Shown here: in pieces, positions 18,194 through 28,437 of the stretch
How positions within the stretch are numbered: the first letter of the stretch is position 1
Layout: each line of letters begins with the position of its first letter
Source: Acidimicrobiales bacterium
GTDB taxonomy: Bacteria > Actinomycetota > Acidimicrobiia > Acidimicrobiales > RAAP-2
NCBI GenBank assembly: GCA_036489935.1
Contig: DASXEU010000089.1
Location: 4,161-68,160, forward strand
Direction of reading: 5' to 3'
DNA length: 64,000 bases
Translations under genes and position numbers: made by a program
Notes under the pieces: generated by a model
The model's database searches: none
What the model was told of the DNA's origin: nothing
What the model saw: the letters and a program-made list of their open reading frames with translations, nothing else

Positions 18194-19717
18194 CTATTCG
18201 TGGCTGCTGTTGTCTGTCGGAAACCGGCGAGCGTTCATCGCAATCTCGCCGTCGATCATCTCTTCGGTTGCCGCCGCCTCGTCGATGTCGAGCTCACTGG
18301 GTCGGGTGCGGGGAGTAGGGCGCGCGAGAAATACGCAAATCACGCCGGCGATTGCTGCGGTCGAGGCGGCGAAGATCCAAAGGTGACGAAAGTTCTCGAG
18401 TGCGGCGCCGAGGCTCGTCGGCGTGCCGAGGATGACGACGAGAATGGCGACCCCGAGCGCACCCCCGATCTGTCGCGCCGTTTGATTGACGGCGCTTCCG
18501 ACGGAGTAGCGGGCCGGTTCGAGACTTGACACTGCGGCAGCGCTAAGGACGGGGAAGGTGAAGCCAATCCCGAGGCCCACGATGAGCGTCCCGGGAAGCC
18601 AGTCCGCCAGGTACTCCGGGTGAACGCTGACGCGCCAGACATACGAGAGCAGCCCGAGCGTGAAGATGCTGAAGCCAATGATGAGGATCCGGCGAAAACC
18701 GAATCGCGCTGCGAGCTTGCCCGCTGATCCCGACACGACGGCGACAACGAGGGGACCCGGCGTGACCGACAGTCCCGCGCGCAGTATTGAGTAGTGCCAC
18801 ACACTGGTGAGAAACAAGATGTTGCCGAGCAGCATCGCAAAGAAGCCCATTGAATACAGGAACGCTGCACTGTTCGCCAGGCTGAAGGAGCGCGCTTGAA
18901 AGAGCTTGAGGTCGAGTACCGGCTCTTCATGGCGAGCGGAGCGGAAGAGAAACGAGACGATGAGTACGGCCGCGATGGCGAACCCCGCGAGGATCCGTGC
19001 ACTCGTCCAGCCCCACGTGGGACCTTCGGAGATGGCGAGTACCGCGAGCGCGAGTGCCGCACTGAGCAGTGCAACGCCGGGGTAATCAGGGCTCGACGTT
19101 GACCCGGATCCACTCGACCTTGGGATCACTCGACGGCCAACGAGCCACGCAACGAGTCCGACGGGCAAGTTGACGTAGAAGGCAGCGCGCCACCCAAAGC
19201 CAGTGATCAACAACGCGCCGAGCGACGGGCCGGTTGCGACGGCGAGCGCGCCGATGCCACCCCAGAGAGCGACCACTTGCGAGCGCCGCTCTTTGGAGTA
19301 CGCGGCGAGCAGGAGCCCGAGCGACGCCGGCAGCATCGCCGCCGCGCCGGTGCCTTGCACGACGCGACCAAGGATCAGCGTTTCGACGCTCGGCGCGACG
19401 CCACAGAGAAGCGAGCCCACACAGAAGACGCCAAGCCCGAAGAAGAAGACTCGACGGCTGCCGAGACGGTCGGCCGTTCTTCCCGCGACGACGAGGAGTG
19501 AACCGAAGACGATCGCATACCCGGTCAAGACCCACGAGAGGGTCGCACGACTGTCGTGGGAGAAGGCGTGTTCGAGAGCGGGGAACGCGACGTTGACGAT
19601 AGAAAGATCGAGCGAACCCATGAAGGCCCCGAGCGCGGTGACGACAAATATGGTGCGACGACGCCTCGCGGTCAGGAGCCCCTCTTCGACTGCCCTCCCA
19701 TTACTTAGTTCTGTCAT
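18194..19717 (-). CDS. MFS transporter, DHA2 family
   Basis: LDLSIVNVAFP, GRTADRLG, WRAAFYVNLPVG, RQIGGALGVA. Confidence 0.92.
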   Translation of the reverse strand: MTELSNGRAVEEGLLTARRRRTIFVVTALGAFMGSLDLSIVNVAFPALEHAFSHDSRATLSWVLTGYAIVFGSLLVVAGRTADRLGSRRVFFFGLGVFCVGSLLCGVAPSVETLILGRVVQGTGAAAMLPASLGLLLAAYSKERRSQVVALWGGIGALAVATGPSLGALLITGFGWRAAFYVNLPVGLVAWLVGRRVIPRSSGSGSTSSPDYPGVALLSAALALAVLAISEGPTWGWTSARILAGFAIAAVLIVSFLFRSARHEEPVLDLKLFQARSFSLANSAAFLYSMGFFAMLLGNILFLTSVWHYSILRAGLSVTPGPLVVAVVSGSAGKLAARFGFRRILIIGFSIFTLGLLSYVWRVSVHPEYLADWLPGTLIVGLGIGFTFPVLSAAAVSSLEPARYSVGSAVNQTARQIGGALGVAILVVILGTPTSLGAALENFRHLWIFAASTAAIAGVICVFLARPTPRTRPSELDIDEAAATEEMIDGEIAMNARRFPTDNSSHE

Positions 19718-19740
19718 GCAACGTAGGATAGGTCATTGCA

Positions 19741-19753
19741 TTGCATAATGCAA
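19741..19753. promoter_or_regulatory. Palindrome, probable HxlR operator
   Basis: TTGCAT-A-ATGCAA in the 53-bp gap between divergent MFS and hxlR genes. Confidence 0.6.
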
Positions 19754-19770
19754 CTGACTAAGGTGAGGTC

Positions 19771-20241
19771 GTGGAACGAAAAAGCTTCTCTCAGATGGAC
19801 TGTTCGGTCGCTCAGTGCTTGGAGGTCGTCGGCGAATGGTGGAGCATGCTGATCGTTCGTGATTGCTTCATGGGCGTCACGAAATTCGAAGACTTCCAGC
19901 GTCGCCTTGGTATTTCGAGGAACATCTTGAAGGAGCGCCTGAGTTCCCTCGTGGGGTCTGGTGTGCTCGTGCGCGTGGCGTACTCAGAGCACCCCCCGCG
20001 CTACGACTACAAGCTCACGGCAAAAGGCCGCGATCTCTGGCCGGTGCTCACGGCGATGCGCCAATGGGGCGACCAGTACGCAGCGCCGAAGGGTGCGCCC
20101 ATCGAGCTCGTGCACAATGCGTGCGGTCAGACGACGCACGCGGAGATGGTCTGTGCGTGGTGCGGGGAGAAGCTCACGGCATACAACGTGCACGCCACCG
20201 CGGGAACGGGTCGCGAGTCGCACCCACTCCTGCCGGTCTAG
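19771..20241 (+). CDS. HxlR family transcriptional regulator
   Basis: CSVAQCLEVVGEWWSMLIVRD, F..FQRRLGISRNIL..RL, Y.LT.KGRDL, QWGD. Confidence 0.92.
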   Translation: MERKSFSQMDCSVAQCLEVVGEWWSMLIVRDCFMGVTKFEDFQRRLGISRNILKERLSSLVGSGVLVRVAYSEHPPRYDYKLTAKGRDLWPVLTAMRQWGDQYAAPKGAPIELVHNACGQTTHAEMVCAWCGEKLTAYNVHATAGTGRESHPLLPV

Positions 20242-20242
20242 A

Positions 20243-20746
20243 TCACCGCGAGGGCGGGGCTCCCGGCTCGAACCTGCCTTCCTCCGCGCCGAGGGCCTTA
20301 CCGATATTGGAAACGTGAAGATGTATCTCGTCGAGCAGGTCGGTGGCGCTCTTTACCGCCGCCGTGAGTTCGGTGTTCTCTTGAATGAGGCGCTTGATGT
20401 CATCGGTGTTGTTGGACGTGTGGACAGCGACCTCGGAGGAGATCGCGTCGGCACGTTTGGCCGCTATGAGGAGTGCTGCTGCCTGGACGCCCGCCATCAT
20501 CGAGAGAAAGAGGTTGAGGAGGATGTACGGGTAGGGGTCGAACGCCTTGTGGTGAAAGACGTGCTCGAGGAGGGCGGTGTTGACAACAGCCCAGAGGATC
20601 ATCACCGCGAAGAATCCGAAGACGAAGCCCCAGGATCCCATCACGTTGCGCATACGGTCTGCCGCGCGCTCGCCACGCGATAACTGATCTCCAGTGCGCA
20701 CTCCCGGATGATGGTGCCAATGGCTTTGCCACGGTTTGGTATTCAC
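20243..20746 (-). CDS. DUF1003 family membrane protein
   Basis: GERAAD...GSWGF, FDPYPYILLNLFLS; start uncertain (GTG 20746 or 20764). Confidence 0.85.
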   Translation of the reverse strand: MNTKPWQSHWHHHPGVRTGDQLSRGERAADRMRNVMGSWGFVFGFFAVMILWAVVNTALLEHVFHHKAFDPYPYILLNLFLSMMAGVQAAALLIAAKRADAISSEVAVHTSNNTDDIKRLIQENTELTAAVKSATDLLDEIHLHVSNIGKALGAEEGRFEPGAPPSR

Positions 20747-20791
20747 CGAACCATCGTCGCACACCGGCCTTTGCCGATAGGGCGAGGAAGG

Positions 20792-22114
20792 CTAGAAGCT
20801 CGGCTCGAAGTCGTAACGTAGCGGCATGCCGCTCACGCCCTCGTTCGGCTTCACGCTCAGCACCTGGTGAATTTCGAGATGGTGGCGCTCGAACGCGACC
20901 GCCGAGCCGGCCATGTAGAGACGCCACACCCGCGCGCGCTGGATGCCCACCTCGTCGACCGCTTCGTCGAATCGCTTCACGAGATTGTCGACCCACCGGC
21001 GCAGCGTCAGTGCGTAGTGCTCACGCAGGCTCTCTAGATGACGAACTTCGAAACCGTGAGACTGGAACATCGACACGAGCGTGCCCACTTCGTGCAGTTC
21101 GCCGTCTGGAAACACGTAACGGTTGATGAACTGACTGCCGGTCTTCGACGGTCCGCGCATGCCCAGGGCGAACTGCAGCTGGCGGTTGAACTCGGTCGCT
21201 TTTGACGGTCGAGGATCGTCCTCGAACGACAGAGGTCGTCCGATTGCGTGGTTGAGGAACCGCCCGCCTGGGCGAAGCTGGTCCCAGATGAGCTGGGTGT
21301 AGTTCGCGAGCGATCGCCGTCCAACGTGCTCCGCCATGCCAATCGAACTCACGGCATCGAAGGGACCGTCCGTGACGTCGCGAAAGTCTTGCACACGAAA
21401 TTCGACCAGATCGCTTACGCCCGCGAGACGAGCCTGTTCGGTCGCGTAGCGGCGCTGAGGTTCGGAGAGCGTCACGCCCACGACGCGGGCGCCGAAGTGG
21501 CGGGCCGCATGAATCCCCATCGCACCCCAACCGCAGCCGATATCGAGCAAGCGATCGCCGGGCTTGAGATCCAGCTTCCTCGCAATGAGGTCGACTTTGC
21601 GCGCTTGTGCTTGCTCAAGCGTGTCTTCGGGGCCTGCGAAGACTGCGCAGGAATAGGTCATAGAAGGTCCGAGCACCATCTCATAAAAACTGTTGGAGAC
21701 GTCGTAGTGGTGCGTCACTGCTTGACGATCGCGCGATTTCGAATGCAACACGCCACGAGGGCGTGCTTCGATCGACGGCGGTGTGAGGGGGCGCAGTGCG
21801 GAGGTCCCGACCACCGACAGCAAGGAGCGCACGTGGTTGGCGTTGAGGAGATGCGTCAGTGGCGGGACCGCGAGGTCAAAGAGGGGATCGAGGTCACCGT
21901 CAACGTCGATGTCACCGGCGACGTAGGCGCGCGCGAGGCCGAGCTCGCCGGGATGGGTGAGGACGCGCGAGATTGCGTCACGGCTCAATATCTTCACGGT
22001 CACGTTGTTCGCGCTCGAGGTGACGGTCGGTTCAGCGATGCTGCCGTCATACGCCTCGACGCGAAAGGGGAGTTTGTTGTCGAAGATGTTGGCAACAAAG
22101 GTGGCGACGTTCAT
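20792..22114 (-). CDS. cfa: Cyclopropane-fatty-acyl-phospholipid synthase family methyltransferase
   Basis: HHYDVSN, MTYSCA, LDIGCGWG, SIGMAEHVG, YVFPDGEL, HYALTL, RVWRLY. Confidence 0.9.
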   Translation of the reverse strand: MNVATFVANIFDNKLPFRVEAYDGSIAEPTVTSSANNVTVKILSRDAISRVLTHPGELGLARAYVAGDIDVDGDLDPLFDLAVPPLTHLLNANHVRSLLSVVGTSALRPLTPPSIEARPRGVLHSKSRDRQAVTHHYDVSNSFYEMVLGPSMTYSCAVFAGPEDTLEQAQARKVDLIARKLDLKPGDRLLDIGCGWGAMGIHAARHFGARVVGVTLSEPQRRYATEQARLAGVSDLVEFRVQDFRDVTDGPFDAVSSIGMAEHVGRRSLANYTQLIWDQLRPGGRFLNHAIGRPLSFEDDPRPSKATEFNRQLQFALGMRGPSKTGSQFINRYVFPDGELHEVGTLVSMFQSHGFEVRHLESLREHYALTLRRWVDNLVKRFDEAVDEVGIQRARVWRLYMAGSAVAFERHHLEIHQVLSVKPNEGVSGMPLRYDFEPSF

Positions 22115-22364
22115 GTCTCTCCTTTTCCAGTGGTTGGGAGCTGGCCTTCATGTTTTACCAGGAACTTTGAGCAGGTGAGCCGACGGGATCTCCTGCAGCG
22201 ACCTAGCGACGCATCGAGCCGAGCGCCACCGTTCGTTCGTACCGTGCATACGAAATCGGTCACGCGGCGCCCCGAAACGGAAAATTCAGATGAGTACACT
22301 GCCCTTATCAGCCGAAACGTGACCAGTTACCTCAACTGAAAACACCTTTTTCGGGGAGGTAACG

Positions 22365-23297
22365 ATGGATCTCGGAATTGTCATCGCGGTCGTAGCCGCA
22401 GTGCTCGTTTTGCTCGTGATTGTGATCATCAGCAAGTCGGTGCGTATCGTCCAGCAAGGTTTCGAGGGCGTCGTCACACGATTCGGCGAGTTCAAGGACA
22501 TCAAGAACCCCGGGATCACCTTCATCGTTCCCTTCATCGAGGTGATGAAGATCATCGACGTGCGCGAGACCCCACGTACGGGGGACCGTCAACAGGTCAT
22601 CACGCGCGACAATGTCGCCGTCATCGTGAATGCCACGATCTTCAGTCAGGTCGTCGACGTGCGCCTCGCCCTCTTTACGAACTCGGACTATCTCGTGAGC
22701 GTCGACAACCTTGCGCGCACGTCGGTGCGTGCAGTCTTTGGCTCGATCACGCTGGATGACGCCTTCTCCCAGCGCGAGCGCATCGGCACCTTGCTGCAGA
22801 CGCAGATGGAAGAAGCGACCGACAAGTGGGGTGTGCGCATCAACCGGGTCGAAGTGCTCGAAATCACGCCCCCCGATCAGATCCTCCAAGCGATGGCCCT
22901 TCAGAAGCAGGCTGACCAGGAGAAGCGCGCGCGCATTCTCGAATCAGAAGGTCAGCAGCAGTCTGCGGTCAACGTCGCAGACGGCCAGCGCCAAGCGGCG
23001 ATCAAGGAAGCGGAGGGTGCCCAGCAGTCGGCGATCCTTCGCGCCGAAGGCGCGCGCCAGGCGCAGATCCTCGAGGCTGAGGGTCGCGCCCAGGCCATCG
23101 CCCTCGTGTACGCGGCCATCAAGACGCAGGCACCCGATCCAACGCTGGTCTCAATCCTGCAACTCGACACGCTCTCCAAGTTCGCCGAGAGTCCCAACAC
23201 GAAGCTCATCATTCCCGCCGAGAGTTCTGCGTTGCTCGGTGCCGCGCAAGCGATCAGGAGTGTGATGGACGCCGTGCCGAGCACGCCCGCGTCGTGA
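22365..23297 (+). CDS. SPFH/band 7 (stomatin/QmcA-like) protein
   Basis: N-terminal TM, QQVITRDN, WGVRINRVE, EKRA.ILESEG and AEG coiled-coil repeats; RBS GGGAGG. Confidence 0.92.
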   Translation: MDLGIVIAVVAAVLVLLVIVIISKSVRIVQQGFEGVVTRFGEFKDIKNPGITFIVPFIEVMKIIDVRETPRTGDRQQVITRDNVAVIVNATIFSQVVDVRLALFTNSDYLVSVDNLARTSVRAVFGSITLDDAFSQRERIGTLLQTQMEEATDKWGVRINRVEVLEITPPDQILQAMALQKQADQEKRARILESEGQQQSAVNVADGQRQAAIKEAEGAQQSAILRAEGARQAQILEAEGRAQAIALVYAAIKTQAPDPTLVSILQLDTLSKFAESPNTKLIIPAESSALLGAAQAIRSVMDAVPSTPAS

Positions 23298-23307
23298 GCT
23301 TGTCGAA

Positions 23308-23745
23308 CTAGGCGCGCTCGACCCAGAGGGTCGTGCCGTAGGTCTTTCGCACGACGACCTGCGTGCCGTCAGGAATGGTCTCCTTCGCCGACGTCACGGC
23401 TCGCCAGGATTCGCCCTTGATCTTGACGCGGCCCGGGTGGCCCTCGTCACCGACCGCGTCTTCGACGAATCCGGTCAGGTTCGTCATCGTTGACTTCGCC
23501 GGAGCGGAGAGATCGATGACCCCTTTTCGATGAAAGCGATGCAGGGCCGCTGGGCGCAGCGCGCCCACAAGTACGGCCGAGATGACAAGCCACAGCACGG
23601 CCTCGACGGCAAACGGCACGCTCGCGAGTGCCAAAAAGAATGGGACGATGGCGCCGGCACCGACAAAGACAGCGATGAACGCGTTCGTGTGTATCTCCGC
23701 GAAGATGCAGATCACGATGATCAATAGCCAGAACAACACCGCCAT
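23308..23745 (-). CDS. NfeD family membrane protein (YbbJ-like)
   Basis: Hydrophobic N-terminus plus OB-fold GRVKIKGESWRA...IPDGTQV.V....GTTLWV. Confidence 0.88.
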   Translation of the reverse strand: MAVLFWLLIIVICIFAEIHTNAFIAVFVGAGAIVPFFLALASVPFAVEAVLWLVISAVLVGALRPAALHRFHRKGVIDLSAPAKSTMTNLTGFVEDAVGDEGHPGRVKIKGESWRAVTSAKETIPDGTQVVVRKTYGTTLWVERA

Positions 23746-23844
23746 AACCCGAAGTATAAGTGTGTCGCGAGTGCCGAAGTGGGCCAGATGTCGACGTTCG
23801 GCCCCTGCGATTCGCGATTACGTTTGGGTACGAACGAAGGAGTC

Positions 23845-25032
23845 GTGGCCGGAGTGAGCGAAGAACTCGAAGAGGGGCGCGGACTGCTGGCGCCCGTGAC
23901 GCTTACGGTCGAGTCCGAGGTCAGTGACGCGGACCATCGCCGTCTCGAATTACGGCGTTGGTTGAGCGAGCACCCGAGTCCAGACGGCGTCGAACTCGCA
24001 CAAGCTGGACTGGTGGCGCCATCGTGGCCAGAACCCTGGGGTCGGAATGCGTCTGTCGAGTACCAACTGATCATTGACGAAGAGCTCCGTCGCGCCAAGG
24101 TGTCGCGTCCCATCAACCCCATCGGGATTGGTTGGGCCGGTCCGACGATCGTGATGGCCGGCACGACAGACCAGCAGGATCGGTGGTTGCCGAAACTGCT
24201 CAGTGGTGAGGAGTTCTGGTGTCAGCTCTTCAGCGAACCGGGGGCCGGGAGCGACCTCGCGGCGTTGTCGACGAGGGCGCGACGAGACGGGGACGAGTGG
24301 ATCATCACGGGCCAAAAGGTTTGGACGAGTTACGCCCACCTCGCAACCTGGGGCATTCTGTTGGCGAGAACATCGAATGAAGGAGCGCCCCAGCACGGCA
24401 TCAGTTACTTCATCTGTCCTATGAATGCTCCCGGCGTCACCGTTCGCCCTCTCCTCGACATGACGGGCGATCACGCCTTCAACGAGGTGTTCTTCGACGA
24501 AGTGCGTCTCACGAGTGACGCGCTCCTCGGCGACGTGAACGACGGTTGGCGTCTCGCCAAGGTCACGCTCGGTAATGAGCGCGTGTCGCTCTCGGGCGAA
24601 GGGGTGCTCTGGGGCCGTGGACCGACAGCGAACGACCTCGTCAACCTCGTTCGCGACGAAGGACTTTCGCTCAGCGCTCTCGAACGGGACGATCTCGTGC
24701 GGTGCTGGTCGCACGGGGAGATGCTGCGGTTCCTTCGTATGCGACTGACCGAGAACGCACTTGCGGGAAAAGCCACGGGCTCAGACGCGTCACTGCGCAA
24801 GGCACTCGCCGACGACCACGGCCAAGAGGTGATGACGCTGGCGCAACGGCTCGCCGGCGCGTCCGGCATGCTCGACGGTCGAGGTCCTGGCGGTATCGAC
24901 AGTGATCAGGGCCGGTCCTGGTCGTGGGGTTTTCTCTACGCCCAAGCCCTCACGATCGGTGGCGGCACTTCGGTTGTCCAGCGCAACATCATCGCCGAGC
25001 GAGTGCTCGGTTTGCCGAAAGACCCGGCTTAG
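23845..25032 (+). CDS. Acyl-CoA dehydrogenase family protein
   Basis: WCQLFSEPGAGSDLA, GQKVWTS, FNEVFFD, LGNER, TIGGGTS.VQRNIIAERVLGLP; start uncertain. Confidence 0.9.
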   Translation: MAGVSEELEEGRGLLAPVTLTVESEVSDADHRRLELRRWLSEHPSPDGVELAQAGLVAPSWPEPWGRNASVEYQLIIDEELRRAKVSRPINPIGIGWAGPTIVMAGTTDQQDRWLPKLLSGEEFWCQLFSEPGAGSDLAALSTRARRDGDEWIITGQKVWTSYAHLATWGILLARTSNEGAPQHGISYFICPMNAPGVTVRPLLDMTGDHAFNEVFFDEVRLTSDALLGDVNDGWRLAKVTLGNERVSLSGEGVLWGRGPTANDLVNLVRDEGLSLSALERDDLVRCWSHGEMLRFLRMRLTENALAGKATGSDASLRKALADDHGQEVMTLAQRLAGASGMLDGRGPGGIDSDQGRSWSWGFLYAQALTIGGGTSVVQRNIIAERVLGLPKDPA

Positions 25033-28000
25033 GACTCTGCAGGCGTCGTGGACTCGCCGAGCCCGCGACAGCGGGGCTTTGGACCCGCGTGCACGTTGCC
25101 GTATCGGTGGTTCGTGATTGAGACGCTCTGTTCGAGCAGCCAGCGCGGAAGCTCGACAGCGCCGCTCTGTGCGAGTTCTCGCGAATCAATGCTCACGCCG
25201 TGCTCAAGGGCAGCAACGCTCGGCGCTGGCTCGCGGCTCAGCCAGCGAACTTTGTCGAAGCTTCCTAGTCGCGAAGCGAGTTCCTCGACGCTCTCAATAC
25301 AAACGTCGGGAATGCTGGCAACGGCCGACGCGGCGCTAAACCGAAGGTCGAGCGTCGCGAGCGCGCGTAATCCGCTGAGGTAGGCGAGGGCCTCGGGTGA
25401 CACTGCGTCGTCGAGACGCACCGCGATGGGCCTTAAGTGCCTGCGATATCGCGCGAGGTTGCGCTCCGCTTCGAGACCCGACTCGTCGAGTGCGAGCGTA
25501 GCCTCGTCATGCCAGAAGGCACTGGCTTCGGCGAGCGCCACGTCGACGTCGCTGACCGCGCGCCAGTGACGCAGGCAGTTGACGTAGTTAGCACCGCCCG
25601 CCTTTGCGGTCGGTCCCACGCTGGAGCGCTTCCACCCCCCGAAGGGTTGGCGACGAACGATTGCGCCGGTCGTTCCGCGATTCACGTAGGCGTTGCCGAC
25701 TTCGACCGACTCGATCCAGGTTTCGCATTCGGACTCGTTGAGCGACTGCAATCCGCCCGTGAGGGCATATGGCGTCTGGTTCTGCCACGTGATGGCTTCC
25801 TTCAGATCGCTCGCGATCATGATGCCGAGCACCGGTCCGAACCACTCGTTGAGGTGACTCCAGGATCCGGGACGAACGCCGACTTTCACGCCGGGTCGCC
25901 ACAGGGACCCTTCGGCGTCGAGTTGCTCTGGCGTGACGAGCCACCGCTCGCCATCGTCGAGCTTCGTGAGCGCACGTTGCAGCGCCGCTTCGGGCGGACG
26001 AATGATGGGACCGACGTTGGTCGCGAACTCGTAACCGGGTCCCACCCTCACGGTCGAGACCGCGTCGACGAGCTGCGCCACGAACTGAGGGTCGTCGTAC
26101 ATCGCACGCTCGACGATCGCGAGGCTCGCGGCGCTGCACTTTTGTCCGGCGTGGCCGAAGGCCGACTGCACGAGGTCGCGCACCGCGAGATCGACGTCAG
26201 CGCTCGCGGTCACGATGATGGCGTTCTTGCCACTCGTCTCGGCGAGGAGGCGCAACGACGGTTTCCATGACGTGAACAGCGCGGCAGTTTCGAATGAGCC
26301 CGTCAGCACGACAGCGCTGACGCCCACATGAGTGACGAGATGTTGTCCCGCCTCGTCGTCGCGCGTCGGAATCATTTGTAGGACCTCGCGCGGCACTCCT
26401 GCATCCCAGAGTTGGTTCACCAGCTCATAGGCAACGGCGACGGACTCTGGCGCAGGCTTCAACATCACAGCGTTGCCCGCCGCGAGCGAGGCGAGTACCC
26501 CGCCGGCGGGTATGGCGTAGGGAAAGTTCCACGGCGGCACAACAAGTACCACGCCGAGCGGCGTCGAACGATCGTCACTGGGTGCGTGATCGGCGTAGAA
26601 GCGAGCGAAGTCGACTCCTTCGCTCACCTCGGGGTCCGCTTCAGCGACGGTCTTGCCCCCGTCACGACACATGACGGCGATGGTCGTTGCCCGCCGAGAC
26701 GCCATCACGTCAGCGCCGCGGCGCAAGATGGCCTGGCGCTCGTCGCGTGCAAGACCATGCCATGTGGCAAAGCCCGAGCTCGCGAACTCGAGCGCCTGGT
26801 CGATGTCACTGATGCCCGCCACGCGATAGCGATACCACGAACGTCCGTGGTCGTTCGGGTCGTGTCCATCCTCGTAATCTGGCGGACCAGGGTGCTCGAG
26901 GTGGGCGAGCGTGTCGATCACGTCGTCCGACTTTGCGCGCACGTGGGCGATCGCAGTCGCAACTTCTCGCACGTACGGTTCGGATGTTGGATCGCCGTCA
27001 GGCTCATTGTCAAAGCGCGTGGACGACGGAATCAGTCGGCGTCGGCGCGGCTCGACACTGATGGTGTGTCGAGCATCCAAGGCGCGAAGGAAGCGCTGTT
27101 CTTGGTCGCGGTAGACATGTTGGTCACTCGCAATGAAGAGCGCGGCGCGCAGGTAGTTCTCGGGAGCCGTATTCTCGTCCAGACGGCGCACCAAATAGGC
27201 GACCGCCGCGGCAAAGTCGTCGCGGCGAGTGACGGGCGCGTAGAGCAGGACGGGTTGGCCGGCCTTCGTGAGCGCGAGAGCTTCCGCATTCGCCATCCCC
27301 TCGAGCATCTCCACGTCTAACTGCTCGAGCACGCCACGCGATTTTGCGAGCTCGAGCGCCCAACACACGTGAAAGAGGTTGTGGCTCGCGACGCCCACGC
27401 GCAACGATTTCGCATGCTCGGGGCGTAGCGCGACGTCGAGGAGTCGTAGGTAGCTCGCGTCAACGTCGGCTTTGGAGCCGTAAGGCGCGGCGAGCCACCC
27501 GTGGAGCTCTGCTTCCACGTGCTCCATGGCGAGGTTCGCACCCTTCACGAGTCGAACCTTCACGATGCCCCCGCCCTCGCGGTGACGGCGTTTGGAAAAT
27601 GCGATGAGTTCCTCGAGTGCCGCGTGCGAATCCGGAAGGTACGCCTGGAGCACAATGCCCGCGTGCTGGTTGAGAAACTCGGACTCGCTCAACACGGTCA
27701 TGAACGCAGCGAGCGTGAGACCCAGGTCGCGGTACTCCTCCATGTCCAGGTTGATGAACGTTCCAGCGCGCTCCGCCTCTCGATAAAGCACTCGCAGTTT
27801 CGCAGCCACTCGTTCGAGCGAACCGTCGTAGTCGATCGTCTGCAGCTGACTCACGATCGCGGAGAGCTTGACCGAGACGTAGTTGACGTCGCCTCGACGA
27901 ACGACGGTGAGCACGCGCTCGAGGCGATCGTCCGCTTCGTGTTCGCCGAGTACCGCCTCGCCGAGCACGTTGACGTTGAGCAGCAGCCCCTCACGTGCAT

Positions 28001-28424
28001 GTCGCTGGAACTGGCTCGTCAGTGCTGCGGGTGCCGCGTCGAGAATGAGGTTCTCCGTGAGCGCGCGAACCTTCTGGTTCACGATGCGCAGCGCGAGGCT
28101 TGGGGCGACGCGTGACAGCTCGGCGACGCCTCGCAATCCGAGCGCGTTCAGGGCACCGAACCCCTTCGTCGACGCCTCCTCTACCGCGCTTCGCAGTGCG
28201 ATCGCCGCGCTCTCGGGCGAGTTGAAGCGCATGACTTCATCGGTAAGCGTGATTGTTACATCGACCGCACGCGGATCGCTGAAGAGCCGGCGCAAGCTGC
28301 GCCGAGTAGTGCGTTCTTGGCGTGATCGGGGGCGCGCCGAGGCGCGCATGAGTTCTTTCGCGCGAGTGAGCGCGTCCTCGAGCACGGACGAGGGCACGCG
28401 GTCATCGGGGGTGAACATGGACAT
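25029..28424 (-). CDS. putA: Bifunctional proline dehydrogenase / P5C dehydrogenase
   Basis: NLDMEEY, LQAYL, RLVKGANL, ASHN, YLVRRLDEN; ALDH motifs PPWNFP, ETSGKN, GQKCSA, EWFGP. Confidence 0.95.
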   Translation of the reverse strand: MSMFTPDDRVPSSVLEDALTRAKELMRASARPRSRQERTTRRSLRRLFSDPRAVDVTITLTDEVMRFNSPESAAIALRSAVEEASTKGFGALNALGLRGVAELSRVAPSLALRIVNQKVRALTENLILDAAPAALTSQFQRHAREGLLLNVNVLGEAVLGEHEADDRLERVLTVVRRGDVNYVSVKLSAIVSQLQTIDYDGSLERVAAKLRVLYREAERAGTFINLDMEEYRDLGLTLAAFMTVLSESEFLNQHAGIVLQAYLPDSHAALEELIAFSKRRHREGGGIVKVRLVKGANLAMEHVEAELHGWLAAPYGSKADVDASYLRLLDVALRPEHAKSLRVGVASHNLFHVCWALELAKSRGVLEQLDVEMLEGMANAEALALTKAGQPVLLYAPVTRRDDFAAAVAYLVRRLDENTAPENYLRAALFIASDQHVYRDQEQRFLRALDARHTISVEPRRRRLIPSSTRFDNEPDGDPTSEPYVREVATAIAHVRAKSDDVIDTLAHLEHPGPPDYEDGHDPNDHGRSWYRYRVAGISDIDQALEFASSGFATWHGLARDERQAILRRGADVMASRRATTIAVMCRDGGKTVAEADPEVSEGVDFARFYADHAPSDDRSTPLGVVLVVPPWNFPYAIPAGGVLASLAAGNAVMLKPAPESVAVAYELVNQLWDAGVPREVLQMIPTRDDEAGQHLVTHVGVSAVVLTGSFETAALFTSWKPSLRLLAETSGKNAIIVTASADVDLAVRDLVQSAFGHAGQKCSAASLAIVERAMYDDPQFVAQLVDAVSTVRVGPGYEFATNVGPIIRPPEAALQRALTKLDDGERWLVTPEQLDAEGSLWRPGVKVGVRPGSWSHLNEWFGPVLGIMIASDLKEAITWQNQTPYALTGGLQSLNESECETWIESVEVGNAYVNRGTTGAIVRRQPFGGWKRSSVGPTAKAGGANYVNCLRHWRAVSDVDVALAEASAFWHDEATLALDESGLEAERNLARYRRHLRPIAVRLDDAVSPEALAYLSGLRALATLDLRFSAASAVASIPDVCIESVEELASRLGSFDKVRWLSREPAPSVAALEHGVSIDSRELAQSGAVELPRWLLEQSVSITNHRYGNVHAGPKPRCRGLGESTTPAES

Positions 28425-28437
28425 CTTTCAGTTCTAA

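Noticed and set aside
22115-22364. Riboswitch in the cfa/SPFH or cysT leader regions
   Set aside because: No recognisable SAM, TPP, cobalamin or other aptamer consensus by eye; an Rfam scan would be needed
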